64,000 nt of DNA, taken from contig OZ365115.1 in the NCBI GenBank assembly GCA_977030845.1, positions 24,986,001 to 25,050,000 on the forward strand, written 5' to 3'. Source of the stretch: Fimbriosthenelais zetlandica. Its lineage: Eukaryota. This document shows, piece after piece, positions 61,773-64,000 of the stretch (the stretch's first letter is position 1; each line of letters opens with the position of its first letter). The position numbers were made by a program, and so were the translations under genes. The notes under the pieces are model-generated. The model had not been told where the DNA came from, did no database searches, and saw only the letters and a program-made list of their open reading frames with translations.

Positions 61773-62266
61773 TACCCAGAAATACGGTGTGTAAAAATTA
61801 ATGTGGCACGATTGTTGCATGTTGAGTACCAAGAATTAACCGTTCCCACACAGTTGGATCGTTCTGGATTATACCCGAAGGTACACGGGTGTACCTAACA
61901 CCATACCATGCAGTTGAATTAATACGAGACATGTTTTTAAAAAAAACGATATTATGAACGGTTTGCTTATGTTTCTATATGGAAAATGCGAAAATCTGGA
62001 GAGGACCGCCACTACAAGATGCTCTTCAAGGAATGCCGGGTTTGAGTGGTGTGGCTGCCGAACCGACTCTGACAAGCCGGGGAGGGAGGGAAGGTTCATA
62101 ACGGTCTCCTTATTGTTCAGTGGATTGTGCCAGTCATGATTATGGTGAACATTAACTAGTCATTTTTTAGATGTAGAGGGTTTTGCCAGAGTGGGTACGG
62201 TCATTATTGTTCAACAGAGAAATAGAGTTGAAAATTAACAATAAATGAGTATGTTATACAAAGAGA

Positions 62267-62358
62267 GGGGATTTTTCTCCGTTGGTTAGAGCGCCAGCCC
62301 ACACGGGGTGGTTGACCAATGTTCGAAGGGTCGGCGGTTCAATCCCCCGAGCTGTCCA
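62267..62358 (+). mobile_element. tRNA-derived SINE-like head or tRNA pseudogene
   Basis: D-arm/A-box-like CTCCGTTGGTTAGAGCG and T-arm/B-box GGTCGGCGGTTCAATCCCCC; the middle segment is too long and no cloverleaf is evident. Confidence 0.65.
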
Positions 62359-62485
62359 AGGAATTTCTAATGCCTTCCTCCTCAGGGTGTTAGTGCGTTG
62401 TACATTATGTTCTAGAGCACATGCACCTAGAGGTTTCCATTGCACAGAAGGCAATGTAGTAATGCACATAGAAAGAGCCCCCAGC

Positions 62486-62568
62486 TGAAAATCATACGAA
62501 ACACTAGAGTAATCAAGAGTGTGAGCTGGTATTCACCCATAACAGGCTCTATAAAAATTCTTACTAAA
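62486..62568 (+). repeat. Dispersed repeat of about 80 bp, copy 2
   Basis: Near-identical to 57438-57520. Confidence 0.9.
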
Positions 62569-62615
62569 TACCGGTCCTGTACATCGTGTACAGAAAATAT
62601 ACAGAGTTCTGGGAT

Positions 62616-62790
62616 GGGTAGCTCCACTATAGATGGTCTGTCGCAACTGCTGCAAGTTTAAGTGCAATAGCACAGGCCTGCGATTTCTGAGGGGTATACA
62701 TGTATTGTGCTCTATTTGCGACTGGTCAGGCAGATATGGCAGATGAGAAAAGTTAGCCACAAAGGGCTAGCCGCAACAAAATCACAACAT
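62616..62790. mobile_element. MITE family D, partial
   Basis: GGGTAGCTCCACTATAG start; GGCAGATATGGCAGATG internal. Confidence 0.7.
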
Positions 62791-63529
62791 ACGCAAGAAA
62801 AGTTGGTCTACTACGTGGAAGAGTTGGCATGATTCACAAATGATATATCTTAAAATGTTATCAGACACATTTGATGTATGAAGAAGGGATCGTTTCGTTC
62901 ATGAGCTGGTTCATATTAAGTTAAGAAGGCCTATATGATTTAGGTAGATAGTTCATTCTAATATTATATACATCTTCTGAAATTTGAAGGGTATACATAA
63001 TTATGGCAACTTAAATGCAACTAGAACATCAGTAATTCCAACGATCTTACAAGAGAGTTCTCAAACTGTCTTCGTAGTGAAGAACTTGGAGTCTCACTCT
63101 GAATGCATGAACTCTATTCTGAAGAACTTGTTTTGACTCCTATCTTCAAATTGCCTCTTGTTGTGTAGCCAAGTCTCAAATTACAGACCATGCAAATCTG
63201 ATCGTATTCATTCCATATTCCAATTATAAGTTATTCTAAAAATGATTTCACTTTGTTGAATGTCGTAAAAACACACCTTTCCGGAAACCATGACTTCAGA
63301 TTCCATTGTAATTTTATGAGTTTGACGTCATGTCCCAGAGATTATATAGCACAGGTAAATACTAGAATGGCAAGGTAAAAATGTCTATGGCATTGACAAC
63401 AAGAAAAACAAGATGCTACGACAATCAGTATATTATGCTATGGCAAACACTCTTTAAAAAGGTTGCAGAATTTTAATTTTGGAATGTTCTGAACTCCAGG
63501 AAGCTCGGAGTATACCCTCAATTGATATT

Positions 63530-63630
63530 AAAACCTTCAATGTTAATACCTTAAAATGTTAAAACCTTAAATGTTAAAACCTTCAATTTTTAACCAAATT
63601 AATGTTAAAACCTTATATTTTAAAACCTTA
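63530..63630. repeat. 14-15 bp AT-rich minisatellite (AATGTTAAAACCTT)
   Basis: AAAACCTT recurs about 6 times. Confidence 0.8.
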
Positions 63631-63631
63631 T

Positions 63632-63850
63632 GGAGTAGCTCTGCCAGATCTGCTGCAAGTGTAACTGCCCTAGCAGGGGCTAGCTATTTGTGAGGGGTGG
63701 TATATTATTGGGACCCATTTGCAGGTGATATGACAGTTCATGAGATATGACAGTTCAGGCAATAGAACCGTCAGCCACAAATTAAGCCTATAGCCGTGTA
63801 ATAAAAAATCGCAACACTCGCAATGCAAATTACCCCAGTGGAGCTACCCC
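63632..63850. mobile_element. MITE family D
   Basis: GGAGTAGCTC left and CCCAGTGGAGCTACCCC right; internal TGTAACTGCCCTAGCAGGGGCT. Confidence 0.75.
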
Positions 63851-64000
63851 ATAATACCAATTCAATTAGGAATTCGCAATACGTCTTCTGTCATACGCCA
63901 TTAATAGGTGCTTAATTTCTCTCCCATGACAATAACAAGTGTCAAGTGCAAATCTGGATCCCGACATCTCTTCCCTACCCGGGCTTCCCTATTAGCACCA

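Noticed and set aside
1153-61898. Similar short ORFs (..DPSPSTI.., ..QALFSQKH..) at 1.2, 30.6, 33.4, 57.0 and 61.3-61.9 kb suggesting a peptide family
   Set aside because: They are translations of MITE family A copies in inconsistent frames.

Overview
This is a 64-kb eukaryotic (animal) window, AT-rich (roughly 35-40% GC by eye) and essentially non-coding. The repeat types, poly-G/C tracts and abundant TAGGCCTA/TACATGTA octamers suggest a marine invertebrate deuterostome such as an echinoderm; this is inference only. I cannot support any protein-coding gene, rRNA, true tRNA or CRISPR array. The listed ORFs are explained by low-complexity tracts, MITEs, the 227-nt N gap or chance. What is supported falls into four groups. 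(1) At least six recurring short TIR/MITE families, with nested, chimeric, internally deleted and arm-homogenised copies. (2) A decayed CR1/L2-like reverse-transcriptase fragment and a tRNA-derived SINE-like head. (3) Many micro- and minisatellites, two with higher-order structure, plus a perfect 102-bp duplication. (4) An unusual density of signal-responsive transcription-factor motif clusters: 12 perfect CRE palindromes, 9 CCACGTGG E-boxes, two NF-kB clusters, tandem ETS-CArG serum-response elements, a triple MEF2 cluster, a nuclear-receptor half-site cluster, paired CLEAR-like sites and a CTCF-like site. The best candidate for interesting biology is a stimulus-inducible (immediate-early/immune) cis-regulatory landscape, centred on a promoter-like module at about 51.4-52.2 kb and an Egr-like SRE module at about 2.6 kb. 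Its target gene is not visible in the window. All motif calls are by eye, and expected counts are rough hand estimates assuming about 37% GC.
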